From: an uncultured Candidatus Saccharibacteria bacterium
GTDB lineage: Bacteria > Patescibacteriota > Saccharimonadia > Saccharimonadales > 2-12-FULL-41-12
NCBI GenBank assembly: GCA_964648105.1
Contig: CAZYMH010000003.1
Coordinates: forward strand, 91,172 to 155,171
DNA: 64,000 nt
Reading direction: 5' to 3'
The notes under the pieces were generated by a model that worked only from the letters and a program-made list of their open reading frames with translations, was not told the origin of the DNA and did not search any database. Shown here one piece after another: positions 7,768 to 16,775 of the stretch; the stretch's first letter is position 1; every line of letters begins with the position of its first letter. The translations under genes and the position numbers were made by a program.

Positions 7768-10371
7768 TTATTTGCGTCCTTTTTTGCGACGAGTGCGTTC
7801 AGCCTTACGTGCTTTACGCCTCTGTTTTACAACTCGATTATTCAAGTTTTTTTCGTGTTTTTCAGTTTTGAAGTCTGTTTCATGAAATTCATCGGCTTCG
7901 ACAATTTTGTCGGCATTATCGACTGAATGACGAGCCGCTTTAGTAAGTTCAGTTTCGACTGATTGTTGCATTTCTCTATCGGTTAGTGGCTGAGCATGGA
8001 ATAGCATATGGACTACATCGTGTCTAAGATCAAGCTGCATTTTTAGGAACAATTGTTGGGCTTGACGACGATATTCAACCAATGGGTCACGTTGTCCAAC
8101 GCCCATCCAAGTAATTCCTTCCCGAAGGTGTTGCATGTTCTCAAGATGTTGCATCCAGTAATTATCAAGCGTCTGTAAGTATATATCACGCTCAACTTTA
8201 CGCAAAATTTCTTCGCCAAAAAGCTCTTGTTGCTTCGCATAAAGTTTGTGGGCTTCTTTTTTTAGAGCTTTTTCGAATAAATGTGATGGTGTATCAAATA
8301 ATTTATCTAGTGTTTCATCATTAAACGGAAATACTGATTTGATCATATCTTCGTATTTATCAGTTGTAGATAGTGGTGACTTAGCTAAATCACTTGCTTC
8401 AGAATCGATAAATTCTTGAACACGCTTACTTATATCGGCTTGCTTAAGAATTTCTGACCGCATACTGTATGTAGCCATTCGGTGACGGTTCATGACGTCG
8501 TCGTATTTAACGACATCTTTCCGCGAATCAAAATTAAAGCCTTCGATTTTTTTCTGGGCCGCTTCTAATCCTTTGGAAATTACTCTGTTTTCAATTGGAG
8601 TTTCATCTTCTACTTTGAGTCTTTGCATGACTCGGCCGATTCTGTCACCACCAAAAATTCGCATCAAGTCATCTTCGGTCGATACGAAAAATCTGGTTTC
8701 GCCTGGGTCACCCTGACGACCAGATCGTCCACGCAGCTGATTGTCGATTCGCCTTGATTCATGCCTTTCACTACCTAAAACATACAGCCCGCCAGCTTTT
8801 TTGGCGGCTTCGTCCAAAATAATATCGGTACCACGGCCAGCAATATTAGTCGCCAAAGTTACGGCACCTTTTTGGCCCGCTTTGGCAATAATGCCAGCTT
8901 CGCGTTCGTTATTTTTGGCATTTAGAACTTGATGAGCGATACCAGCTTTATTCAAATAATTACTCAGTAGTTCGTTTTTAGCAATCGAAACACTACCGAT
9001 TAATATTGGCTGACCCTTCGCATTTTTCGCCTTAACTTCTTTGACTATTGCCTCAAATTTACCCTTTTCACTCCGATAAATTCGGTCATCTTGATCAAGC
9101 CGAGCTAGCTTTTTGTTTGGTGGAATTTCGATTACGTTTAGTTTATAAACTTGGTGGAACTCTTCGGCTTCAGTCGAGGCTGTACCAGTCATACCAGATA
9201 ATTTTTTGTATAATCTAAAATAATTTTGGAAAGATATGGTCGCTAGGGTCATTGATTCTTCCTGAATTTCAATGCCTTCTTTGGCCTCAATTGCTTGGTG
9301 CAAACCTTCGTTATAGCGACGGCCTTTTAATAGCCTACCAGTGTGTTCATCGACGATTACTGCTTCGCCGTCGACAGTTACAACGTAATCTTTGTCACGC
9401 TTAAATAATGCTTCGGCTTTTAGGGCTTGTTCAAGATGATAAATTGTTCGGATATTTGTTGAGGAGTACAAATTATTTATACCAAGCACTTTCTCAACTT
9501 GATCGATTCCTTCATCGGTCAAAACTACAGATTTTCGCTTTTCATCGACCTCATAATGAGTATCTTTTATTAATCCCCGAGTTACTTTTGCAAATTGAGT
9601 ATATGCTGATCCACTAGCCGAAGATGGTGCCGAAATAATCAGTGGCGTTCGGGCTTCATCGACCAAAATCGAGTCGACTTCGTCAACAATTGCGTAATTT
9701 AGTTTACGTTGGCGTAGTTGATCAACTTCTCGAACCATATTATCTCTCAAATAATCGAACCCGAACTCGTTGTTTGTGCCATAAGTAATATCAGCGTTAT
9801 AAGCTTCTTGACGAGTACACGGTTTGAGTACTTTCATCCGCGGATCTTCGTGGTCTTTATTGTCGTAATCTCGGTCAAAAATAAATGACTCATCGGCGAT
9901 AATTACACCAACACTCAGCCCCAAAAAGTCATAGATTTGCCCCATCCACGATGCATCACGTTGGGCCAAATAATCATTAACTGTAACTACGTGGACACCT
10001 TTGCCTGTTAGGCCGTTTAAGTATACAGGCAAAGTAGCAACTAAAGTTTTACCTTCACCAGTTTTCATTTCGGCAATCGAACCTTCATGTAGAGCCATTC
10101 CACCGATCAGCTGAACATCAAATGGTCGCATCTTCATCTTTCGCCAAGCTGCTTCACGAACAACCGCGAAAGCATCAGGCAAAATTTTGTCGAGACTTTC
10201 GTTATTTTTGAGCCGTTTTTTTAGCTCATCTGTCTGTTTACGTAGCTGAGCATCAGACATTTTCTTATACTTTGCTTCTAGCTCATTTATGGACGCAACT
10301 TTTTTGGTCAAACGCTTGAGCGTTCTTATCTGAGGATCACCAAGTACACGTTTCAACAACTTATTTTTCAT
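7768..10371 (-). CDS. secA: Preprotein translocase ATPase SecA
   Basis: MKTGEGKT Walker A, DEVDSILVDEARTPLIIS, TNIAGRGTDI. The 867-aa protein ends in a basic C-terminal tail with no Cys zinc finger. Confidence 0.97.
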   Translation of the reverse strand: MKNKLLKRVLGDPQIRTLKRLTKKVASINELEAKYKKMSDAQLRKQTDELKKRLKNNESLDKILPDAFAVVREAAWRKMKMRPFDVQLIGGMALHEGSIAEMKTGEGKTLVATLPVYLNGLTGKGVHVVTVNDYLAQRDASWMGQIYDFLGLSVGVIIADESFIFDRDYDNKDHEDPRMKVLKPCTRQEAYNADITYGTNNEFGFDYLRDNMVREVDQLRQRKLNYAIVDEVDSILVDEARTPLIISAPSSASGSAYTQFAKVTRGLIKDTHYEVDEKRKSVVLTDEGIDQVEKVLGINNLYSSTNIRTIYHLEQALKAEALFKRDKDYVVTVDGEAVIVDEHTGRLLKGRRYNEGLHQAIEAKEGIEIQEESMTLATISFQNYFRLYKKLSGMTGTASTEAEEFHQVYKLNVIEIPPNKKLARLDQDDRIYRSEKGKFEAIVKEVKAKNAKGQPILIGSVSIAKNELLSNYLNKAGIAHQVLNAKNNEREAGIIAKAGQKGAVTLATNIAGRGTDIILDEAAKKAGGLYVLGSERHESRRIDNQLRGRSGRQGDPGETRFFVSTEDDLMRIFGGDRIGRVMQRLKVEDETPIENRVISKGLEAAQKKIEGFNFDSRKDVVKYDDVMNRHRMATYSMRSEILKQADISKRVQEFIDSEASDLAKSPLSTTDKYEDMIKSVFPFNDETLDKLFDTPSHLFEKALKKEAHKLYAKQQELFGEEILRKVERDIYLQTLDNYWMQHLENMQHLREGITWMGVGQRDPLVEYRRQAQQLFLKMQLDLRHDVVHMLFHAQPLTDREMQQSVETELTKAARHSVDNADKIVEADEFHETDFKTEKHEKNLNNRVVKQRRKARKAERTRRKKGRK

Positions 10372-10430
10372 AAAAGTCTTTAAAAAACCTCTCTTCTCTC
10401 TAATAGAATTAACTAGTCTAACTTATTATA

Positions 10431-10468
10431 CACTAAAAACACTTCTACAAAAATAAATTGAGAGGTGT
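10431..10468 (-). terminator. Candidate intrinsic terminator after hpf
   Basis: Minus-strand RNA ACACCUCU...AGAAGUGU forms an 8-bp stem with one mismatch, followed by UUUU. Confidence 0.4.
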
Positions 10469-10472
10469 AATT

Positions 10473-10859
10473 TTAACTCTCGTCTGTCTCGGACGTAAAG
10501 CGATTTGAACGCAACTTGATTTTAGCAAAAATGTGTCTTACTCGTTTGGGCGAGTTGTGAGTTTCTTTATATTTTTTTAGCTGTTTTTTGAGGTTTTCTT
10601 CTACTTCGTCGATTGCTGCCATAAAACTTTCTGCTCCTCGATGAGACGTTATTTTAGTTTTAGGCAAACTCATTACTGTTTCACATTCGAAAGAATTTTG
10701 TTTAGAATTTTTCTTCTTAAACTTTATATCAACCATGGCTGACTCTCGAGCATTTTTCGGTATATATTTATCCAACCCACCGATCTTCTTTTCGGCATAT
10801 GACTTGATCTTATCGGTAACTTCACTATGAATGTTGCTAATCTGGACTTTTTTTACCAC
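10473..10859 (-). CDS. hpf: Ribosome hibernation promoting factor / RaiA family
   Basis: N-terminus (VKKVQISNIHSEVTDKIKSYAEKKIGGLDKYIP) is typical of the S30EA/HPF family. GTG start, with an AGGAGGA SD upstream. Confidence 0.8.
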   Translation of the reverse strand: MVKKVQISNIHSEVTDKIKSYAEKKIGGLDKYIPKNARESAMVDIKFKKKNSKQNSFECETVMSLPKTKITSHRGAESFMAAIDEVEENLKKQLKKYKETHNSPKRVRHIFAKIKLRSNRFTSETDES

Positions 10860-11003
10860 TGAATCTATCCTCCTAGAGTTTTAAAGCTTATTTTAGGTTA
10901 AGTAAAGCTACTTTAACCTACTTTTATTATACTCTCTTTTTCAATCTGCAACGGCCAGTTGTTGTTGGATTTGCTTGAGTAAAGTATCCGTAAGAATAAT
11001 AAG

Positions 11004-12305
11004 TCAGATAAGTTGCTGGTTAGCCATATATGGCAATAAAACTTCTGGCACCATCACATCACCATTAGCGGTTTGAAAATTCTCTAAAATAGCGATAAGT
11101 GGTCGCTGTGAAAATGCCGTAGCATCGTTGGTGTGCAAAAATTCAACTTCTCCACTATCTCGACGTAGGCGTGTCTGCATCCCGCGGGCTTGAAAGTCGG
11201 TGATATAATCTGCGGTATGAGTTTCGCGGTACGTATTTTGGCTCGGGATCCAAACATTTATATCTACTCCCTTTGCATTGGGGCGGCCTATGTCGGCTGT
11301 ACATTTTTCGATTACCTGATAAGGCAAACCAAGTTGACTCATAAGATATTCTTGGATGGCCACCATTAGTAAATGCTCATCCAACGATGTTTCAGGTGTT
11401 GTAAAGCTCTCCATCTCTAGTTTATTAAATTGGTGCAACCGAAAAAAGCCTTCGCTGTCTTTGCCGTAAGTGCCTGCCTCTTTGCGAAAAGCCGTAGTGT
11501 AACCGATATAACGAATTGGCAAGTCAGCTTGATCAATAATTTCTTTATAATAAATTGGGGCAATAGTGTGTTCGGCACTGGCGTTTAACCAAAGATCTTC
11601 GTCATCAATTTTATAGGTTTGCTCTTCTTTATTAAGTCGACCCGTTGCTTCAAAAATCTCTTTTTTAGCGACCGCAGGTGGCAAAATTGGCATAAACGGT
11701 TTATCTGATAAATTTAAGTTATTTTCGGCTATTAATTGTGCTAATATTTTTTGGTCGGTCACAACAGAAATCGCATAATGCCATAAGGCCATTTCTAATC
11801 TAACTAAATCACCCTTCAAGTAGACAAATCTGGCACCCGCAATTTTGGCACCACGATCTTTATCGAGCCAACCTTTGGCGGTGGCAATTTCGGCGTGATT
11901 TTTTGGCTCAAAATCAAAAACTGGTTTTTCACCAACAACCTTGATAACTACATTTTGATCTTCATGATCACCAATTGGTACCGATTCAAGCGGCATATTT
12001 GGTACTGATTTGAGAAGTGGCCAAAATTCTTGTTCGACTTGATCTAGATATCCTTCTCGCTCGGCCAACTCGACTTTGAGCATCCGACCCTCTTCTATTG
12101 CTTGTTCGTCAGGTTTGCCATGTGAATTTTTGATAGCATCGGCAATCATATTACGCTTGGTCCGTAGTTCATCGACAGTTTGCTGTAGCTCACGTCGTTG
12201 ATTATCTAGCTCCAAAAGTCTATCTACATCAATCTGGTAGCCTTTTTGGCTAGATTTTTGTTTAACCAAATCTGGATTGTCTCGAATAATTTTTATATCA
12301 ATCAT
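11004..12305 (-). CDS. serS: Seryl-tRNA synthetase
   Basis: N-terminal coiled-coil arm (MIDIKIIRDNPDLVK...) and class II motifs (FRKEAGTYGKD, RLHQFNKLE, NDATAFSQRPLIAILEN). Confidence 0.95.
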   Translation of the reverse strand: MIDIKIIRDNPDLVKQKSSQKGYQIDVDRLLELDNQRRELQQTVDELRTKRNMIADAIKNSHGKPDEQAIEEGRMLKVELAEREGYLDQVEQEFWPLLKSVPNMPLESVPIGDHEDQNVVIKVVGEKPVFDFEPKNHAEIATAKGWLDKDRGAKIAGARFVYLKGDLVRLEMALWHYAISVVTDQKILAQLIAENNLNLSDKPFMPILPPAVAKKEIFEATGRLNKEEQTYKIDDEDLWLNASAEHTIAPIYYKEIIDQADLPIRYIGYTTAFRKEAGTYGKDSEGFFRLHQFNKLEMESFTTPETSLDEHLLMVAIQEYLMSQLGLPYQVIEKCTADIGRPNAKGVDINVWIPSQNTYRETHTADYITDFQARGMQTRLRRDSGEVEFLHTNDATAFSQRPLIAILENFQTANGDVMVPEVLLPYMANQQLI

Positions 12306-12321
12306 ATTGTTGTATTATAGC

Positions 12322-13116
12322 TTATTTGTTCAGATGTTTTAAGGTGAGTTCAGTGCGACTACGAGCATAAGTACAATAACTGCACGGTCCACCCATAATA
12401 TCTATGCCAACGGGAGGCATGTCGTCTGAGTCCATGGATTGCTTCATTTTGATGATTGTCTTATCTACCCAGTCAGTTTTGCCAGTATAAGGAATTACTT
12501 TGGTTCTAAATTCTAGCTTGTCATTAAAGCTATCCAAATCGAGCCGACCATTGGTGTAAACAAAATAACCAGTATCGCTAACATCAAAATCATTTGCTCG
12601 CAGTAGCCACTGATAAATTTCCATTTGTCTTTTATAGCTAACTTGCCAATCAGCACTTATACTAACCTCGCTGGCTTTGGCAGTTGCTTTATAATCTACC
12701 ACGATTAATTCGCCGCTTTTACTAACCCAAATGTCATCTACGGCTCCAAAAATATGCAGATTTGTTGGCTCATGCAAACAAAAAACTCCTACAAAATTCT
12801 CTCGCCACTGATTAAGCTCATCATGTTCAAACGGAGTAGCTTCAATGCCAAATTCTATCATCAGAGGGTGCGGTTTTTTGGCCGTGCGATAAGAATCGAA
12901 TTCTTTTTTTAGCAGTTCATCAATTGCTTGGTTAATTCGAAATGGTGGAGTGTCTGGCCGTTTAATTTTGAGCCTGACATCGAGCCAAAAACACCTTGGG
13001 CATTGCACAAACAGCTCAATTTTGCTTCTACTTAATTTGTACGGCGTTTTTTGGCCAGGTTTGTACGGTAAATTTCTTTGCTGATAATAACTCATACTCA
13101 TTAATAATTTTATCAA
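12322..13116 (-). CDS. PD-(D/E)XK nuclease superfamily protein with paired Cys motifs (Cas4/RecB-like fold)
   Basis: D...D/ExK core in GAVDDIWVSKSGELIVVDYKA, a QxxxY-like motif (RQMEIYQW), an N-terminal CPRC and a C-terminal CSYC. The start is uncertain (TTG 13116, or ATG 13101/13095). Confidence 0.6.
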   Translation of the reverse strand: MIKLLMSMSYYQQRNLPYKPGQKTPYKLSRSKIELFVQCPRCFWLDVRLKIKRPDTPPFRINQAIDELLKKEFDSYRTAKKPHPLMIEFGIEATPFEHDELNQWRENFVGVFCLHEPTNLHIFGAVDDIWVSKSGELIVVDYKATAKASEVSISADWQVSYKRQMEIYQWLLRANDFDVSDTGYFVYTNGRLDLDSFNDKLEFRTKVIPYTGKTDWVDKTIIKMKQSMDSDDMPPVGIDIMGGPCSYCTYARSRTELTLKHLNK

Positions 13117-13127
13117 CTAGCCGAGTT

Positions 13128-13805
13128 TTATACTAATGAACTAGCGACTATCGCGGCTGTTTCGGCCCGTAATGTAAAATCACCTAAAGCAATAGTTTGA
13201 AAATTTTCATTTGCAAAAATTGCAAGCTCATCATCTGACCAACCGCCTTCAGGCCCAATTATCAAACCAACTTTATCGCCTTCAATTAACGTTTTCTCAT
13301 CACTTTTATGACAAACGTACATTTGGATTTTATCTTTGTAGTCAGCTATAGCGGTAGTAAGATGCATCGGCTCACGTATATTCGGGATATTAAATCTTCC
13401 GCATTGCTCGCTTGCCTCGGTAACAATTTTTGTAGCTCGTTCGTGATTAAAATCTTTTTTGATAGTTCTGGACGAAATGAGGGGTACAAAAGTCGACACC
13501 CCTAGCTCAGTCGCTTTTTGTAAAATTAATTCATTATTATCTTTTTTTAGTAAGCTCCAAAATAAATAAATATGTTTTTTTGGCATTTGCGGTTCTAGCT
13601 CGGTCACCATTACTAAATGAGCTTCGGTTTTTTTGAGATTTTCGATGTTGTATAATCGCTCGGTTTTAACACCGTCAAATAAAATTATTTCTTGGCCACT
13701 ATGAAACCTCAAAACTTTATTCCATTGCCAAAGCATCGCCTCATCATGAAGCCAAAAATCCTTTTTTAATTGAATATCGCGAACAAAAAATCTATGCAAT
13801 CTCAT
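13128..13805 (-). CDS. rsmE: 16S rRNA (uracil1498-N3)-methyltransferase RsmE
   Basis: MRLHRFFV N-terminus and a GPEGGWSDDE SPOUT knot motif. Confidence 0.88.
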   Translation of the reverse strand: MRLHRFFVRDIQLKKDFWLHDEAMLWQWNKVLRFHSGQEIILFDGVKTERLYNIENLKKTEAHLVMVTELEPQMPKKHIYLFWSLLKKDNNELILQKATELGVSTFVPLISSRTIKKDFNHERATKIVTEASEQCGRFNIPNIREPMHLTTAIADYKDKIQMYVCHKSDEKTLIEGDKVGLIIGPEGGWSDDELAIFANENFQTIALGDFTLRAETAAIVASSLV

Positions 13806-13809
13806 TAGA

Positions 13810-15075
13810 CTATTTTCGCACGAGAAGTACTAAACTTTCAATATGAGGTGTCCGTGGAAAGAAGTTATAGCCGATGATTTTTGTAATTTTATAATTTTCT
13901 AACAAGTGCTTGACGTCTCGACTTTGAGTTGAGGGATTACAGCTTAAGTATGCTATTAATGGCGGTTTTTTGTTTAATATTTCGGTGATTAAATCTTTGT
14001 GTAAACCTGCTCTAGGCGGATCAACTACTAAAGCCATAGTGCTATCAATTTCGGCAACTGCTTTTTCGCTGGCGGCATGAATTAGCTTAGTGGTCTCATT
14101 TTTTATGTTATACTCAGCCATTTTTATATTGGCTTCGTCTACTTCGACTAATTTTGTAGTGTTTTTTAAACATAAGCCGATTGTGCCGACACCAGAGTAC
14201 ATATCGACAACTGGCATGTCAGCTACGAAAACTTTTATTTTGCTTAACGCGGCCTCAAAAATGTCTAAATTCACCTGAAAAAATGAAAAAACATCATATG
14301 TTATGTCATTATCAAGTAATCTGTCGCTTAATTTAATATCCCCATAACTAAACAAATCTTTGGTCCTGACACTTGCGGGACTTTTGGGGTTAGAAAAAAC
14401 CACTACCAACCCTTTACATACTTGCTCTAGTTCTTTGATATGTAGAAAGTTATTATCTTTTACATATAAGGCCGCGGCAGATTCGCCTTTTTGATTACAA
14501 CGAATTACTAGGCTTTTCAAATCACTAGCTCGGACTTTATGTTTGTCTAAAATCTGGCAGATTTTGTTAGCCGCATTATCGATCTCATTCATGGCAATAC
14601 TACTGCCGTTTACAATTTGCTTTCGGTGCGTACCTCTGTTATATAGAGCTAGATGCAGGCCACTTTCATCACCAAAAAAGCTATACTCCATTTTATTACG
14701 ATAGTTCCAAAACTTGGTTGTTTTGCGAAATTCTATATCACTATATGCAACTTTTTCTCGCTCGAAAGTTTCTGATAATATTTGTTTTTTGTAGTCATCT
14801 TCCTTATTTTCATCCAAAATCTGCCACGGACTAGTACTTAAATATATGTCGTCTTTAGGCTTAACTCGGTATTCTGATGCAATCAAAACATTAGTAGCAA
14901 TTCCCTCTACATAATCTTTTCGGTTTTTTGTAACATCAAATTCGATTTTTTCATCTGGTAAAGCATTCCAAACAAACGCTTTTCGGCCATCATCGAGTGT
15001 ACCTATGCCTTGGCCGCCGTGAACTAATTTGTCAATTTTAACAGACAAAGTTTTTTTGTTTGGGTATGTGGGCAT
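13810..15075 (-). CDS. 23S rRNA (uracil-5-)-methyltransferase, RlmD/RumA (TrmA) family
   Basis: N-terminal TRAM-like region (VHGGQGIG). SAM-MTase motifs DMYSGVGTIG, DPPRAG and a catalytic SCNPSTQSRD. Confidence 0.85.
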   Translation of the reverse strand: MPTYPNKKTLSVKIDKLVHGGQGIGTLDDGRKAFVWNALPDEKIEFDVTKNRKDYVEGIATNVLIASEYRVKPKDDIYLSTSPWQILDENKEDDYKKQILSETFEREKVAYSDIEFRKTTKFWNYRNKMEYSFFGDESGLHLALYNRGTHRKQIVNGSSIAMNEIDNAANKICQILDKHKVRASDLKSLVIRCNQKGESAAALYVKDNNFLHIKELEQVCKGLVVVFSNPKSPASVRTKDLFSYGDIKLSDRLLDNDITYDVFSFFQVNLDIFEAALSKIKVFVADMPVVDMYSGVGTIGLCLKNTTKLVEVDEANIKMAEYNIKNETTKLIHAASEKAVAEIDSTMALVVDPPRAGLHKDLITEILNKKPPLIAYLSCNPSTQSRDVKHLLENYKITKIIGYNFFPRTPHIESLVLLVRK

Positions 15076-16119
15076 TTATTTTTGTATGCCAGCAAGCAAA
15101 ACTAATAGTACAAAAAATTTAGTAGCTACATCTGTCCAAAAATATCTTTGTTCTGTTACAACGTAGCTAAGTTTGTTATTTACATTAGCTGCTTTTACCA
15201 AAGTACGTAGTTGCATAAATACTGACAAAGCCAAAATTACTCCAAGCACATAAACATACCACGCAAATCTTTGGCCGCCATATAAATTTGTTGTCACTAA
15301 GTTGCCTACCATAGGTATAAACGCCAAAATAAAGGCAAACACACTGCCATAAAGTGCAATCTTAGAACGTCCAACTTGATGAAAATTCTCTCGTTCGTAT
15401 ATCCATGCGAATAAAGCGCCAGTCAAAACCAATCCACCAATTAATTTAAGAGTAAATAATTCGGTAATGCCAGTCATGAAACTAGCTAATTCTAACGTTA
15501 ATGCTAAGCTAATACCGATTAAAAGCCATTTTGCACCTGATAAACCGCGGGTTACTTTGGTTTCGTAATTTCGGCGAAGTCTGGTAGCTAGTAATAAAGA
15601 ACCAACCGCTCCGATTATTAATAAACCAGCTAGAACATAACGATACTGTAGATTCATCAAAAAATGATACGACGGTGCTAGCGAAACCTCTGGTGTATTG
15701 GCAAAAATGTCTTGAGTTTGCTTGCTAACAATCAGTTGAGCCGAGGCTTTACTCAAGAAAAACAAACTTAGTCCTGCAAAAACTAAATGACCAAAGAAGC
15801 TAGTAAAATGAAGGCTTCGTAACTTATCTAAAGGTGAAACACTGGTAACTTTTTTATCGACTCTACTCCCTATAGAAACACTTTGGATTTTAGATGATTT
15901 AACTTCAGATTCACTTTTGCTAGATTTTTTTACTGAAGCAACTTTTGGACTTTTTTTAGTTGAACTCACCGCAACTGTTTTCTTCAATGAAATATTTTTT
16001 TTGGCATCTGAGCTATGACTAACTTTTACAGTTGGTCTTTTAGGGGCAGGTTTATTAACTTTTTTAGTTGATTTTTTATTTTTTGTAGATACAGGTTTCT
16101 TCTTTACGGTAGAAGCCAT
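15076..16119 (-). CDS. Polytopic membrane protein with a roughly 110-aa Lys/Ser-rich basic N-terminal tail (unknown function)
   Basis: The likely start is ATG 16119, with a GGAGGAA SD 8 nt upstream; the ORF-track TTG at 16137 lies inside that SD. The tail (KKKPVSTKNKKSTKKVNKPAPKRP...) is followed by about 8 hydrophobic spans. Confidence 0.6.
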   Translation of the reverse strand: MASTVKKKPVSTKNKKSTKKVNKPAPKRPTVKVSHSSDAKKNISLKKTVAVSSTKKSPKVASVKKSSKSESEVKSSKIQSVSIGSRVDKKVTSVSPLDKLRSLHFTSFFGHLVFAGLSLFFLSKASAQLIVSKQTQDIFANTPEVSLAPSYHFLMNLQYRYVLAGLLIIGAVGSLLLATRLRRNYETKVTRGLSGAKWLLIGISLALTLELASFMTGITELFTLKLIGGLVLTGALFAWIYERENFHQVGRSKIALYGSVFAFILAFIPMVGNLVTTNLYGGQRFAWYVYVLGVILALSVFMQLRTLVKAANVNNKLSYVVTEQRYFWTDVATKFFVLLVLLAGIQK

Positions 16120-16181
16120 GATGGTATATTCCTCCAATTAAATATATTCTACACTATACCATAAGTTCAACAAGTTCGATA

Positions 16182-16679
16182 CTACTCATAATTAAAATTA
16201 ACAGCACTACCTTTATTTTTTTCTTCGATAATGGCTTTTTCGTCGCTATTTATTTCGGTGAAATTTTTTGATTGGATAATTTTGGTAAGTATTTTTTTTA
16301 CGTACTTAGCCTGCAATTGATCAATAATAATTTGAGCCATCACACTTTGATCGTTGTTATTCCATAAGATTATAGATTCAAAATCTTGTGAATCATTCGT
16401 AGTTTGAAGATGAGGTGGTTTGGTGGGGTCATGTGTCCGAAAATAATGCTTGATCAAAGTATCGTAATTTATCAAATCTGGGTCATATTCAATTTCTAGA
16501 ATATTTTTTTTGCTTGATCCGTCGCCACAATATCCCATAGTTGTACGGATTACGCCCGGAACTTGATCGAAATAGTACTTTATACGCCAAAATTTATCGG
16601 CACCAAAACTGGCTTTTATCAATCCAAAATCCCAATCCATGGCCATTTTACGAACTTGCTCTTTCTGCTGAAAATCCAT
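16182..16679 (-). CDS. MsrA-like protein lacking the catalytic cysteine
   Basis: Aligns by eye to MsrA: FGADKFW against GCFWG, PGVIRTTMGYCGDG against PGV..t.vGY.GG, EIEYDPDLINYDTLIKHYFRTHDPT against v.YDP..isy..LL..F...HDPT. The start may be an internal Met (M12/M14). Confidence 0.7.
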   Translation of the reverse strand: MDFQQKEQVRKMAMDWDFGLIKASFGADKFWRIKYYFDQVPGVIRTTMGYCGDGSSKKNILEIEYDPDLINYDTLIKHYFRTHDPTKPPHLQTTNDSQDFESIILWNNNDQSVMAQIIIDQLQAKYVKKILTKIIQSKNFTEINSDEKAIIEEKNKGSAVNFNYE

Positions 16680-16775
16680 CTGTCTGATGCAAAACCCACT
16701 CCCGCTAGTTAATTAAATACTTATGCTTTAATTATTATTTTACACCACATGAGACTATTTTCGATTATTAGTTAG

